IMG/VR virus record: IMGVR_UViG_3300009537_000082
Location: 1 to 35,362 of that record
From: a virus
Length of the DNA: 35,362 nt
Direction: 5' to 3' (one strand)
Both the position numbers and the translations under genes were made by a program. Positions 5,460 to 13,352 of the stretch are shown piece after piece; position 1 is the first letter of the stretch, and the number at the start of each line of letters is the position of its first letter. The notes beneath the pieces are model-generated. The model searched no databases. It was not told the origin of the DNA and worked only from the letters and a program-made list of their open reading frames with translations.

Positions 5460-6488
5460 ATGAATGATTTAATCGTATTAGAAAACATTAATGCTGTTGA
5501 AGTATTTAGCGGCAATGGGCTTGACGATCTTCTTAAGCAAATAACAGAAGAAGCAAAAAGCATTGTTCCTGACTTAACCTCGAAGAAAGGCCGCGACGAA
5601 ATAGCTAGTATGGCTTATAAGGTCGCCAAGTCTAAAACGTATCTCGATGGATGCCGGAAAGATTTAGTTGCAGAATGGAAAACAAAAGCTAAAGCAGTCG
5701 ATAACGAAGGTAAGAAAATGCGCGACTACCTAGACAACCTGAAGGAAGAAATAAGAAAGCCTTTAACTGAGTGGGAACAGGCTGAAGAAAATAGAATTAA
5801 AAATCATACTGATGCTATTCAATGGATTATTAATATCGGCGAATCTGCGTCTGATTTTCTTCAGTATGACGCAGATGTGATTTTAGGTTGGTTAAGTGAG
5901 CTTGACTCATTAGAGATTAATGAAAACTGGGAAGAGTTTGCTAATGATGCAGCAATAGCAAAGGATAAGGCTTTAAGACAGATTAAAGGGGCGATTACAA
6001 AGCGCGAAGCATACGACAAGGAGCAAGCTGAACTTGCAAAGTTAAGGGCTGAAGCCGCCGAGCGTGAGCAAAAAGACCGTGAAGAACAGTTACGCAAAGA
6101 AGGTGAAAGACGGGCAAAGCTTGAGGCTGAAGCAAAAGCAAACAACGAAAAAGAGCGCGTTAAACGTGATGCTGAAAAAATAGAGCAGGAAAAGCAGGCC
6201 GCGATTCAAGCTCAAAAAGATGCCGAGCTGAGAGCAAAGCAAGCCGAAGAAAACGCGGCTAAAGAAGCTGAGGCAGCGGTAATTCGTGAGCAGGAACGTG
6301 TTGAGGCTGGACGTATAGCAGAAGAATTGGCAGCTAAAAAACGGGAAGCCAACAAAGCGCATAAAACAAAGATTAATAATGCCATTGTTGACGCGCTTAT
6401 TTTGGCCGGACTCGCTAAAGCTGATGCTAAAAAAGCTGTGATTGCTATAGCGACAGGCAAAGTTCCTTACACAACTATTTCATATTAA
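5460..6488 (+). CDS. coiled-coil protein with a Lys/Glu/Ala-rich centre (DUF1351-like?)
   Basis: ORF track. The N-terminal third resembles DUF1351-type recombination-module proteins, by eye only. The central region is a low-complexity KEA-rich helix. Confidence 0.6.
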   Translation: MNDLIVLENINAVEVFSGNGLDDLLKQITEEAKSIVPDLTSKKGRDEIASMAYKVAKSKTYLDGCRKDLVAEWKTKAKAVDNEGKKMRDYLDNLKEEIRKPLTEWEQAEENRIKNHTDAIQWIINIGESASDFLQYDADVILGWLSELDSLEINENWEEFANDAAIAKDKALRQIKGAITKREAYDKEQAELAKLRAEAAEREQKDREEQLRKEGERRAKLEAEAKANNEKERVKRDAEKIEQEKQAAIQAQKDAELRAKQAEENAAKEAEAAVIREQERVEAGRIAEELAAKKREANKAHKTKINNAIVDALILAGLAKADAKKAVIAIATGKVPYTTISY

Positions 6489-6500
6489 AAGGTGAAAACA

Positions 6501-7175
6501 ATGAAACTATATTTTGATTTAGAAACAATACCAACACAACAACAAATATTTATTGATGAGATTGCAAACACTATTACTCATCCTAAAACAATGTCTAAGC
6601 CTGAAACAATCGCGGCATGGGAAAAAGATAAAAAGCCATTAGCAATAGATGAGGCGGTTAGCAAAACCGTGTTTGACGGTGGAATGGGTGAAATTATTAC
6701 TTTTGGATATGCTTTTAATGATGATGAGCCTGAGGTCATACAACGAAACAAAGATATATCTGAAAATGACTTACTAAGCTCTGTTAATGATTTATTTAAT
6801 GATAAATGTATTATAAATAACGCCAGCACACATCCTGTTTGGATTGGGCATAATATCTGTGGCTACGATTTACGCTATTTATGGAAACGTTTTATTGTTA
6901 ATGGAATTAAGCCAGCAATTAAAATTCCTTTTGATGCTAAACCGTGGGCTAGTGAGGTTTACGATACGATGTTTGAGTGGGCTGGAACCGGGAACGATAA
7001 AAAAAGCATGGATTTTGTTTGTAAAGCATTAGGGCTTGAAGGAAAAACAGGGATGGACGGATCAATGGTTTATCAGGCTTGGCTGGATGAAAAATATAAT
7101 GAAATCGCAGAATATTGTAAGCATGACATTGAAATGACGCGCAGTATTTATAAGCGAATTAATTTTATATACTAA
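6501..7175 (+). CDS. 3'-5' exonuclease, DnaQ/PolB-exonuclease-like (RNase H fold)
   Basis: Exo I is FDLET, Exo II is HNICGYDLRYL and Exo III is YCKHDIEMT. ATG 6501 follows AAAGGTGA. The track start at 6492 is GTG. Confidence 0.75.
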   Translation: MKLYFDLETIPTQQQIFIDEIANTITHPKTMSKPETIAAWEKDKKPLAIDEAVSKTVFDGGMGEIITFGYAFNDDEPEVIQRNKDISENDLLSSVNDLFNDKCIINNASTHPVWIGHNICGYDLRYLWKRFIVNGIKPAIKIPFDAKPWASEVYDTMFEWAGTGNDKKSMDFVCKALGLEGKTGMDGSMVYQAWLDEKYNEIAEYCKHDIEMTRSIYKRINFIY

Positions 7176-7190
7176 AGCCTGGAGGCTGTA

Positions 7191-7268
7191 ATGATATTTC
7201 TAGCAGGCCTAGGCATAGGAATAATCATAGGTATGTTTATTAGCAACTATTTAGGAGGGCGGTATTGA
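7191..7268 (+). CDS. hypothetical small membrane peptide (25 aa)
   Basis: GGAGG sits 6 nt upstream. Translation is MIFLAGLGIGIIIGMFISNYLGGRY. Confidence 0.35.
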   Translation: MIFLAGLGIGIIIGMFISNYLGGRY

Positions 7269-7438
7269 TGGAAGTAAACAATGCGACATGGACAATTTAT
7301 TGGTTTTTATTTCCTCAGCATAGAAAGGAAATTATTACTCATGCAAACAAATGGAATATGTCTTTTCGCTCTCTGTCTTACAAGGCAGAAAACCCAAGAG
7401 AATACATAGTGCATATAACTAACGGGGAAATAGGCTGA
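7268..7438 (+). CDS. hypothetical protein (56 aa)
   Basis: Overlapping stop/start codons at both ends (TGATG, one shared base). Translation begins MEVNNATWTIYWFLFPQHRKEIITHANKWNMSF. Confidence 0.45.
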   Translation: MEVNNATWTIYWFLFPQHRKEIITHANKWNMSFRSLSYKAENPREYIVHITNGEIG

Positions 7439-7908
7439 TGAAGCCTGAAAAATACATTCTACGCACCGAGGCTGATCGCAATGAAGTCCTTAAGCGGCTC
7501 CTAGAGCTGCCCTGTGACGGTAAATTAACAGTGTCCCTATCTGATGCGGGAAGTAAATCGAGCCGCCAGCGGGGACTTGACTGGCGCTGGAATACGGATA
7601 TTGCTAATTCAGGCATGGGCGGCAAGTTTGAGGACTCAAAAGACAATGTTCACCGAGTCTGTAAGTATAAATGGGCTATTCCTATTATGATTCGTGACAA
7701 TCCATTCTTTGCTGAACTATACGCGGCTTATATTGCCTTGCATAAAAACGATGCCGACCGGATGAAGTGGTTTGTTGACAATATGGTGCATACCGAATCC
7801 TTTGATTCCCACCAGATGAGCGAATACATGACAGAAAAGCAAAGGCATTATGTGGGGCATGGGTTTACATTAACCGACCCTGAAGATTTATTAACGGCGG
7901 GAAACTAA
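7438..7908 (+). CDS. NinB/Orf-like recombination mediator (tentative)
   Basis: LTVSLSDAGSKSSRQRGLDWRWNTDIA parallels the lambda NinB segment VVTIQERNRSLDQNRKLWACLGDV. The C-terminal acidic GFTLTDPE is also similar. By eye only. Confidence 0.6.
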   Translation: MKPEKYILRTEADRNEVLKRLLELPCDGKLTVSLSDAGSKSSRQRGLDWRWNTDIANSGMGGKFEDSKDNVHRVCKYKWAIPIMIRDNPFFAELYAAYIALHKNDADRMKWFVDNMVHTESFDSHQMSEYMTEKQRHYVGHGFTLTDPEDLLTAGN

Positions 7909-7928
7909 ATACATAACTGGAGGATGAT

Positions 7929-8108
7929 ATGAATGGGAATCTAAATGCAGCACTCATCTTGCTAGATCGAGCGCTGGAAGAAATAGATCGTGGGTTTGTC
8001 CGCTGCGAAACATGCGGAGAACAGGAAGACACTAAGGACTTGGATTTTGTTGACGACATAAAAGCAGCTAAATCAGAATTATTGATAGTTCTTGGTAGAG
8101 GAATATAA
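7929..8108 (+). CDS. hypothetical protein (59 aa)
   Basis: GGAGGA upstream. Translation begins MNGNLNAALILLDRALEEIDRGFVRCETCGEQ. Below the track cutoff. Confidence 0.5.
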   Translation: MNGNLNAALILLDRALEEIDRGFVRCETCGEQEDTKDLDFVDDIKAAKSELLIVLGRGI

Positions 8109-8138
8109 CCACCCAATATAACGCCTTAAGGAGGATTT

Positions 8139-8336
8139 ATGAGTCAAACTGAGCAGATATTAAAAGAACTGAAAAAAGGTCGGAAACTTACCCAGCTTGA
8201 TGCTTTGGCTGAGTTTGGCTGCTTTCGATTGGGCGCGAGAATCCTCGAGATTAAACAGATGGGGTACAAGGTAATCTCTGAAATGGTGTCTTCTGACAAT
8301 GGGAAGCACTTTGCTAGATATGAGTTGATGAAATGA
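8139..8336 (+). CDS. winged-helix DNA-binding protein (HTH_39-like)
   Basis: GRKLTQLDALAEFGCFRLGARILEIKQMGYKV matches the HTH_39 pattern. RBS is AAGGAGG. Confidence 0.7.
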   Translation: MSQTEQILKELKKGRKLTQLDALAEFGCFRLGARILEIKQMGYKVISEMVSSDNGKHFARYELMK

Positions 8337-8710
8337 TTGAATTATTAAATATGGATTGCCTTGTTTACATGAAAACCTGCAAAGATAATGAGTTTGATTT
8401 GGCTTGGCTAAGTTTTAATAAAGGCACAAAACTTTATTGCTTGGCTAAAAATGGAGGCAGTAGAACACCTGCAGCATTGGCGGATATTATTCATCCAAAA
8501 CAAAAGCCGGTTAAATTATATCAATGGCTATTAAAAAACTACGCAGAGAAAGACCAGCGCATTTTGGACACTCACCTTGGAAGTGGCTCTAGCGCAATAG
8601 CTGCCCATTATTTTGGTTGTGATTTTGTCGGAATTGAGATAGACGAGGATTATTTTAAGGACGCTAAAGAACGGTTTTACAATGAGACAAGGCAGGAGAC
8701 TTTATTTTGA
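8333..8710 (+). CDS. beta-class N6/N4 DNA methyltransferase remnant lacking motif IV (DPPY)
   Basis: The N-terminus LLNMDCLVYMK...FDLA and the C-terminal HPKQKPVKLYQWLL...ILDTHLGSGSSAIAA...GIEID (AdoMet motif I) are present. No D/N/S-PP-Y/F tetrapeptide occurs anywhere in the 125 aa. Confidence 0.65.
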   Translation: MIELLNMDCLVYMKTCKDNEFDLAWLSFNKGTKLYCLAKNGGSRTPAALADIIHPKQKPVKLYQWLLKNYAEKDQRILDTHLGSGSSAIAAHYFGCDFVGIEIDEDYFKDAKERFYNETRQETLF

Positions 8711-9009
8711 ACGGAAAGAAGCCGACCAAGGCAGAAACTAAATGGATTGAGTCTATTGTTGAGTACGGTTGCGTTGTTTGTCGTAATGAGGGAAAGCATA
8801 CGCCGCCACAAGTTCACCATATCAATGGCAGCAAAAAAGAAGGGTGTCATTTTGATACCATTCCGCTTTGCTATTATCACCACCAAGGCCACAATGATGA
8901 CTCGGCGTACACGTCAAGGCATCCATTTAAAGCGAGATTCGAGGAAAGATACGGCACAGATTTAGAGTTGTTAGCACAGATTAGAGAGGAGTTAGCGGCA
9001 CGATCTTGA
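8707..9009 (+). CDS. Ref-like HNH nuclease (RecA-dependent nuclease family)
   Basis: CVVC...VHHING...IPLCYYHHQG...SRHPFKARFEERYG matches the P1 Ref-type pattern. The only available start is TTG 8707, which overlaps the upstream TGA. Confidence 0.7.
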   Translation: MNGKKPTKAETKWIESIVEYGCVVCRNEGKHTPPQVHHINGSKKEGCHFDTIPLCYYHHQGHNDDSAYTSRHPFKARFEERYGTDLELLAQIREELAARS

Positions 9010-9033
9010 TTTATGGCGACAAATGTCTACAAT
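9006..9033 (+). promoter_or_regulatory. sigma70-like promoter (TTGATT, 16 nt, TACAAT)
   Basis: Hexamers at 9006-9011 and 9028-9033. The spacer contains GACAaaTGTC. Confidence 0.4.
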
Positions 9034-9064
9034 ATAAGCATACACTTAATAATGGTGCGATATT

Positions 9065-9214
9065 ATGGACATAAATACACAATACTTAATTGCCGAGATG
9101 ATGGGCGAAACTGAATATTCAGAAATACTAAAGGAGCTGGTTATCGCTGAGAATGAGCGTGAGAAGCTGGCTTATGATGCGCGTAATGTTGAATTAGTAG
9201 ATTATGACTTTTAA
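9065..9214 (+). CDS. hypothetical small protein (49 aa)
   Basis: Translation is MDINTQYLIAEMMGETEYSEILKELVIAENEREKLAYDARNVELVDYDF. It is the last plus-strand gene before the convergence point. Confidence 0.45.
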   Translation: MDINTQYLIAEMMGETEYSEILKELVIAENEREKLAYDARNVELVDYDF

Positions 9215-9264
9215 AGACTTAATATGTGTTGTGATTATCGGGCTTGTTGTTCTGTATTTTCATA

Positions 9265-9666
9265 CTATTTCGAGCCTTTCATAACTTTAGCGATCTTTTC
9301 ACCGCTTCTGCCGATTACGTAGCCCGAAAGCCCTAATTGTAACATTGTCCAGGCTTCTTTAGCCAAAGGATTAGGGAGCCATGAGAGACTGTCTGCGACG
9401 ACCAATACAAGAAATGTCAGCATCGTAACAGGTCGCCAGTTACGGGCTATCCATGACGCTGAGTTTGCCTCTGCTTTGATTATGTCGGTTTGTGCGGTTA
9501 GTAATTGGCTCTCATATTCAATAACTTTCAATGTGGTGGCGTTTTCAATCTTGGCTAACGCATTTTGAAGCTGCATTTTCTCTTCTGTTGACGTATGGAC
9601 ATTATCAATTAAGTCCGCAGCCGGTGAGAATATCTCTTTAACAAAACTGAATATTTCTAATAACAT
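9265..9666 (-). CDS. holin, GTA_holin_3TM-like
   Basis: KAEANSASWIARNWRPVTML followed by hydrophobic helices matches the 3TM GTA-holin pattern. It is the last gene of the lysis cluster. Confidence 0.65.
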   Translation of the reverse strand: MLLEIFSFVKEIFSPAADLIDNVHTSTEEKMQLQNALAKIENATTLKVIEYESQLLTAQTDIIKAEANSASWIARNWRPVTMLTFLVLVVADSLSWLPNPLAKEAWTMLQLGLSGYVIGRSGEKIAKVMKGSK

Positions 9667-9878
9667 TATTTAGACTCCAGCTTAGCTATTCGGTATTGCT
9701 CTGAGACTTTATTGAGTTGTTCGTTTAATTTGAAATACTTGTGCAGTAGGTCGATACATTTAGGGCAATTACTTTCGGATTTTGGGACGGTGATAATGTC
9801 AGATCTAGCGATACCAGTAGCAAAAAAGAGTACGGCAAAAACAACAAAACAGATAATGAGTAGGTTTCCGGATTTCAT
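9666..9878 (-). CDS. membrane-anchored coiled-coil protein (70 aa), i-spanin-like
   Basis: N-terminal TM helix LLIICFVVFAVLFFATGIA followed by a coiled coil. ATG 9878 forms an ATGA overlap with the upstream stop. The track start is 9896. Confidence 0.55.
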   Translation of the reverse strand: MKSGNLLIICFVVFAVLFFATGIARSDIITVPKSESNCPKCIDLLHKYFKLNEQLNKVSEQYRIAKLESK

Positions 9879-10222
9879 TCTCCAAGCCCCGGCCAATGGC
9901 CTGTTTTAAGAAACATATAAATTGCAGCATAGGCTGCACCACTTACTGCTGCCCATTTCAAAGCTATGCCTATCCATCCAGAAAAACGAATAAACCCTTT
10001 AAATGTTCTGAATATTGATAGCATTTCATAAAAATCTTTAATGAATTTGTCCCAATCTTCCTTCATTTCCGAGACTATGCTTTGATGATCATCTAGATCT
10101 TGCGTTAAGCTATTGTGCCTTTCTTCAAACTCTATTCGCATGGCTTCGAGTTGTTGGCCGACCTCCGTTTCACACGCCTTTAGTTTTAACATGACGCTAT
10201 CCGGTGTGTGTTTTTCTGGCAT
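9875..10222 (-). CDS. tail-anchored membrane protein (115 aa), lysis-cassette member
   Basis: Soluble helical N-terminus plus C-terminal TM helix WIGIALKWAAVSGAAYAAIYMFL. Confidence 0.6.
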   Translation of the reverse strand: MPEKHTPDSVMLKLKACETEVGQQLEAMRIEFEERHNSLTQDLDDHQSIVSEMKEDWDKFIKDFYEMLSIFRTFKGFIRFSGWIGIALKWAAVSGAAYAAIYMFLKTGHWPGLGE

Positions 10223-10323
10223 AACAGCCTCAATATATTCATGTAAAATACCAATATAGTCGATAATATGACCATATCTTATCTATTGTCTGTGAGTTTT
10301 ACCACTCGAATTGTAAACTATTG

Positions 10324-10749
10324 TTAAAGCTCACCTGTTCGCATGATAACAGAGAGCCGAATAGCTCTACTCCCTACTTGGTCAGCCCATTTTGAATCTA
10401 ACATTTCTTCTGCTGCGTTTTCGTACTCTTCCAGCTCAATATAAGCAATCGTTTTCTTGAATCCGTTAAATCGAGTTAATCCAAGATTAAAAATCATGCT
10501 GCAAATAACAACTTGACGGGCATCATTTAATTTAGGAAACCAATCAAACTTATAACAGTCCTTAATGGCATCTGTTACGTCTTCAGTTAGCAGGGCTTCA
10601 GCTATGGCAGGGCTTATACCTTGCTCAAGTGAATGGCCGTATCCTATAGTTTGCACCCCTACAGAGTCGAGATAAGGCATTAGATTACCGTTCTTAATAG
10701 GGCCCGTACCTTCATCCTCTTTGAGTATTTTTAATAGTTCGTTGATCAT
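10324..10749 (-). CDS. endolysin, GH24 (T4-type) lysozyme
   Basis: LKEDEG (catalytic Glu), PYLDSVG (Asp), TIGYGH (Thr), plus NLG...F and RA.R...TG as in T4 lysozyme. Confidence 0.85.
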   Translation of the reverse strand: MINELLKILKEDEGTGPIKNGNLMPYLDSVGVQTIGYGHSLEQGISPAIAEALLTEDVTDAIKDCYKFDWFPKLNDARQVVICSMIFNLGLTRFNGFKKTIAYIELEEYENAAEEMLDSKWADQVGSRAIRLSVIMRTGEL

Positions 10750-10811
10750 TTTATAGGCCTGTTTCTAAAGCTGTCCGTTTGTGAGTTTCCCCACATGTTA
10801 AATGTTGTTAA

Positions 10812-11063
10812 TTATACGGGAGCCGTCCTTTCCATCAGGCTTTTATATTTCTTTATTTCTTCAGGGGTATGGATAAGCTCACAAATAGCGATAACATCGG
10901 CATGCTCATTAGCATGATCTGCGCCGGGGTTTATGGTATGGCGTAGGATCGTACTAGAGATTTTTTTTTCATCTTCTTTTACTGTCACAATTTCTTGCAC
11001 ATACACACGCTTGTATTTGTCTATTGTAATGCCTGCTAATTTGGTTTCTTTTGTTAAGCTCAT
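10812..11063 (-). CDS. hypothetical protein (83 aa)
   Basis: ORF track. Lies between the tailspike and the endolysin. Confidence 0.6.
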   Translation of the reverse strand: MSLTKETKLAGITIDKYKRVYVQEIVTVKEDEKKISSTILRHTINPGADHANEHADVIAICELIHTPEEIKKYKSLMERTAPV

Positions 11064-11072
11064 TGTATTCCC

Positions 11073-13352
11073 CTATTCTGATATATATGAAAAATTAAAT
11101 CCGATCTGGAAAGCTGTATCCACATCGGCTCCGCCTATATAAGCAACAACCCCAGCATCAGTGACATACCTAAAATACATTGCGCCACTTAACACAAGTG
11201 TTGATTTTTGTCCTGCTATTGAAACTCCATTATTAGCAATAAAAAACGAACTCATGCTGTAGTCTTGATCGTCTGTTAAGTCTGTTGGTGCAAAAGGCAA
11301 AGACATAATAATGTCGCCCACCACTGAGCCAGAGGAAACGCTCAAGCTTCCTTGGCAATCAACCATCCTACCTATTTTTGTGTACGCATAAGTATCCCCG
11401 GTACTGCTAAGGGTGAAAGATCCACTAGTTGAGCCTGTTAATGTTGCTGCGTGACTACCTTCTTCGTAATCATCAAGAGTATTAACATCAGAAGACGGGA
11501 CTTGCGTTGCAGGAAACTGTATACCTTCTGCATAAATATTATTCTCATCATACCCTGACGAAGCCACATATTTTGCAGTTTCATAGATGTTTCTGCCTGT
11601 TTGTCGCCCTGCCCCATATACTAGCTTTTGACTGTTTAGAGTCTGTGTGCAACCTGCTTGCCAAAAACAATTCTCAATACTGGTGGACGTAGCAAACAAA
11701 TTAAGTCCTATATTTGTTGATCCCACATGATAACAATTCTTTAGAGTCGCGGTATTGCCTTTTATATAGAATCCGTTCCTAGTCAGACCCTGATAGCAGT
11801 TTTCAAATAACAATTGCTGAATATTAGTTGATCCGATATAAAACGTATAATCTGTTGCGTTAAGCTCTTGTTCTGCACGAACATTCTTAATAACGATGCC
11901 ATGCGATGTTGCTGCGGTTGTATTTAAAGGATAATAAAATCCATACGTACCACCAACCCAAACTTGGCTACCATCCATAGTAAATTGACTCATATACAAG
12001 TCTTGAACCGTGATAATTGCTGAATTACCAGAGGCTAAATAACAATCGCTGAAGTGGTAGTGATCTGCTGAAATAACATTATTAGGGTTAGCCGATAAGA
12101 AGATAGGTTTATCAGCGTAGCAAAAGAACTTTCTGACTGTTGTATGTTCACGACCGTTAGTCTGTAATCCAATTGATGTACCTGAGGCACCATTAGACCA
12201 AAAGTTTGATGCACCTACCGTTACGCCGCCGCCAATCACAACATTATCAATTAAATAAAAACTAGTATCGACAAGATTTATTGCCGTCTTAGCATAAGTT
12301 GGTTCGGCAGTATAAAATGCCATATCCCGAATTGACCCTTGATAAACAACAACAGCGCCGACAACTTTTATGCAAGTTTGATCGGCTGTTGGCGTGAACC
12401 TTATCTCGGTAGCATATACTCCAGAACCAACTAAGTGTATGCGATGTTGAGCTATAGTAATCTGAGAGGTGGTTAGATATATGCCGGGAGGAATATAGAC
12501 TGTACCGTGACCTGTTGTATAGAAATCTATCGCGGCCTGTATGGCTGCGGTATCGTTAGTAACTGTATCACCCTTAGCACCAAACCATTTAACATTAATT
12601 GTTGCAACATCATCCCTCTCAAGCCCTATCGTTCCATCTCCGCCTGTAGGGATAAAGACTGTGCCGCAATAAGCGCCGCCGTTGTCTGCGTAGGTTCCGG
12701 GGGTGGCGTTATATCTGACTGTGAAGGGGCCACCATCGGCGGAGGTGACAAAGACTTTTTTGCCTGCGTCAGACGATGTCAAACTAATTGATGCAGCAAG
12801 AACTTTGGACGCCACTACAAAGCTGTCCCCGATATTGCTAACGGATAAATTTAGGTTTTCTATTGCGGTTCCAGCAGTATTCCAGCCCAAGGCTGTCGCT
12901 GGTTCTGGAAAAGGCAAGTTTAAATTTGTCACCTTTGAATCAGTCCGGAGAAGTTTAAGCGTTCTAGTTTCTAGCTCGCGCTCATTTTGCTGCATCATCA
13001 TAATGATTTTATCTAAATCATCATTAAATGTTTCGGAAGATAAATCGCCTAAATTTTGATAATCTATAGTTCTTTCTATAGGTAAATCGCGAATGATGGT
13101 GATAATGTCCCCAGCCGTTGCAGCCGCCAACAAAGTGACGTTCCCTCCGCTAGTTGTACCCGCGCCGCTTACTGTATAGTCGGTTGTTAATACAACAATA
13201 TCAGCCGTATCATCTGCCTCATTTCCCGCAGGGGTGAGATAGACTTTTAAGTCTGCATCTTTAAAAATAGCAAAAGGATAGGCAAATACAGCTTGCGCCG
13301 CTGTTGCTGTGTATTGAACGCGAGGCGTTACATCATTAACTAAAAGTGCCAT
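11073..13352 (-). CDS. tail fiber/tailspike with a pectate-lyase-like beta-helix (probable polysaccharide depolymerase)
   Basis: VKWFGAKGDTVTNDTAAIQAAID...GTVYIPPGIY is the Pectate_lyase_3-type signature. The N-terminal roughly 130 aa resemble podovirus fiber adaptor domains. Confidence 0.8.
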   Translation of the reverse strand: MALLVNDVTPRVQYTATAAQAVFAYPFAIFKDADLKVYLTPAGNEADDTADIVVLTTDYTVSGAGTTSGGNVTLLAAATAGDIITIIRDLPIERTIDYQNLGDLSSETFNDDLDKIIMMMQQNERELETRTLKLLRTDSKVTNLNLPFPEPATALGWNTAGTAIENLNLSVSNIGDSFVVASKVLAASISLTSSDAGKKVFVTSADGGPFTVRYNATPGTYADNGGAYCGTVFIPTGGDGTIGLERDDVATINVKWFGAKGDTVTNDTAAIQAAIDFYTTGHGTVYIPPGIYLTTSQITIAQHRIHLVGSGVYATEIRFTPTADQTCIKVVGAVVVYQGSIRDMAFYTAEPTYAKTAINLVDTSFYLIDNVVIGGGVTVGASNFWSNGASGTSIGLQTNGREHTTVRKFFCYADKPIFLSANPNNVISADHYHFSDCYLASGNSAIITVQDLYMSQFTMDGSQVWVGGTYGFYYPLNTTAATSHGIVIKNVRAEQELNATDYTFYIGSTNIQQLLFENCYQGLTRNGFYIKGNTATLKNCYHVGSTNIGLNLFATSTSIENCFWQAGCTQTLNSQKLVYGAGRQTGRNIYETAKYVASSGYDENNIYAEGIQFPATQVPSSDVNTLDDYEEGSHAATLTGSTSGSFTLSSTGDTYAYTKIGRMVDCQGSLSVSSGSVVGDIIMSLPFAPTDLTDDQDYSMSSFFIANNGVSIAGQKSTLVLSGAMYFRYVTDAGVVAYIGGADVDTAFQIGFNFSYISE

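Noticed and set aside
5861-6460. Three long antisense ORFs (5861..6145, 6090..6362, 6212..6460) inside the coiled-coil gene
   Set aside because: They are shadows of a low-complexity Lys/Glu/Ala-rich coding region. Their products are Ser/Ala/Phe/Leu homopolymer-like and have no RBS.
8747-8965. Alternative-frame 72-aa ORF inside the Ref-like nuclease gene, and similar nested ORFs (27042..27227, 31459..31644, 28805..29086)
   Set aside because: Each lies inside a gene whose frame carries clear family motifs. None has an RBS or a recognisable motif.
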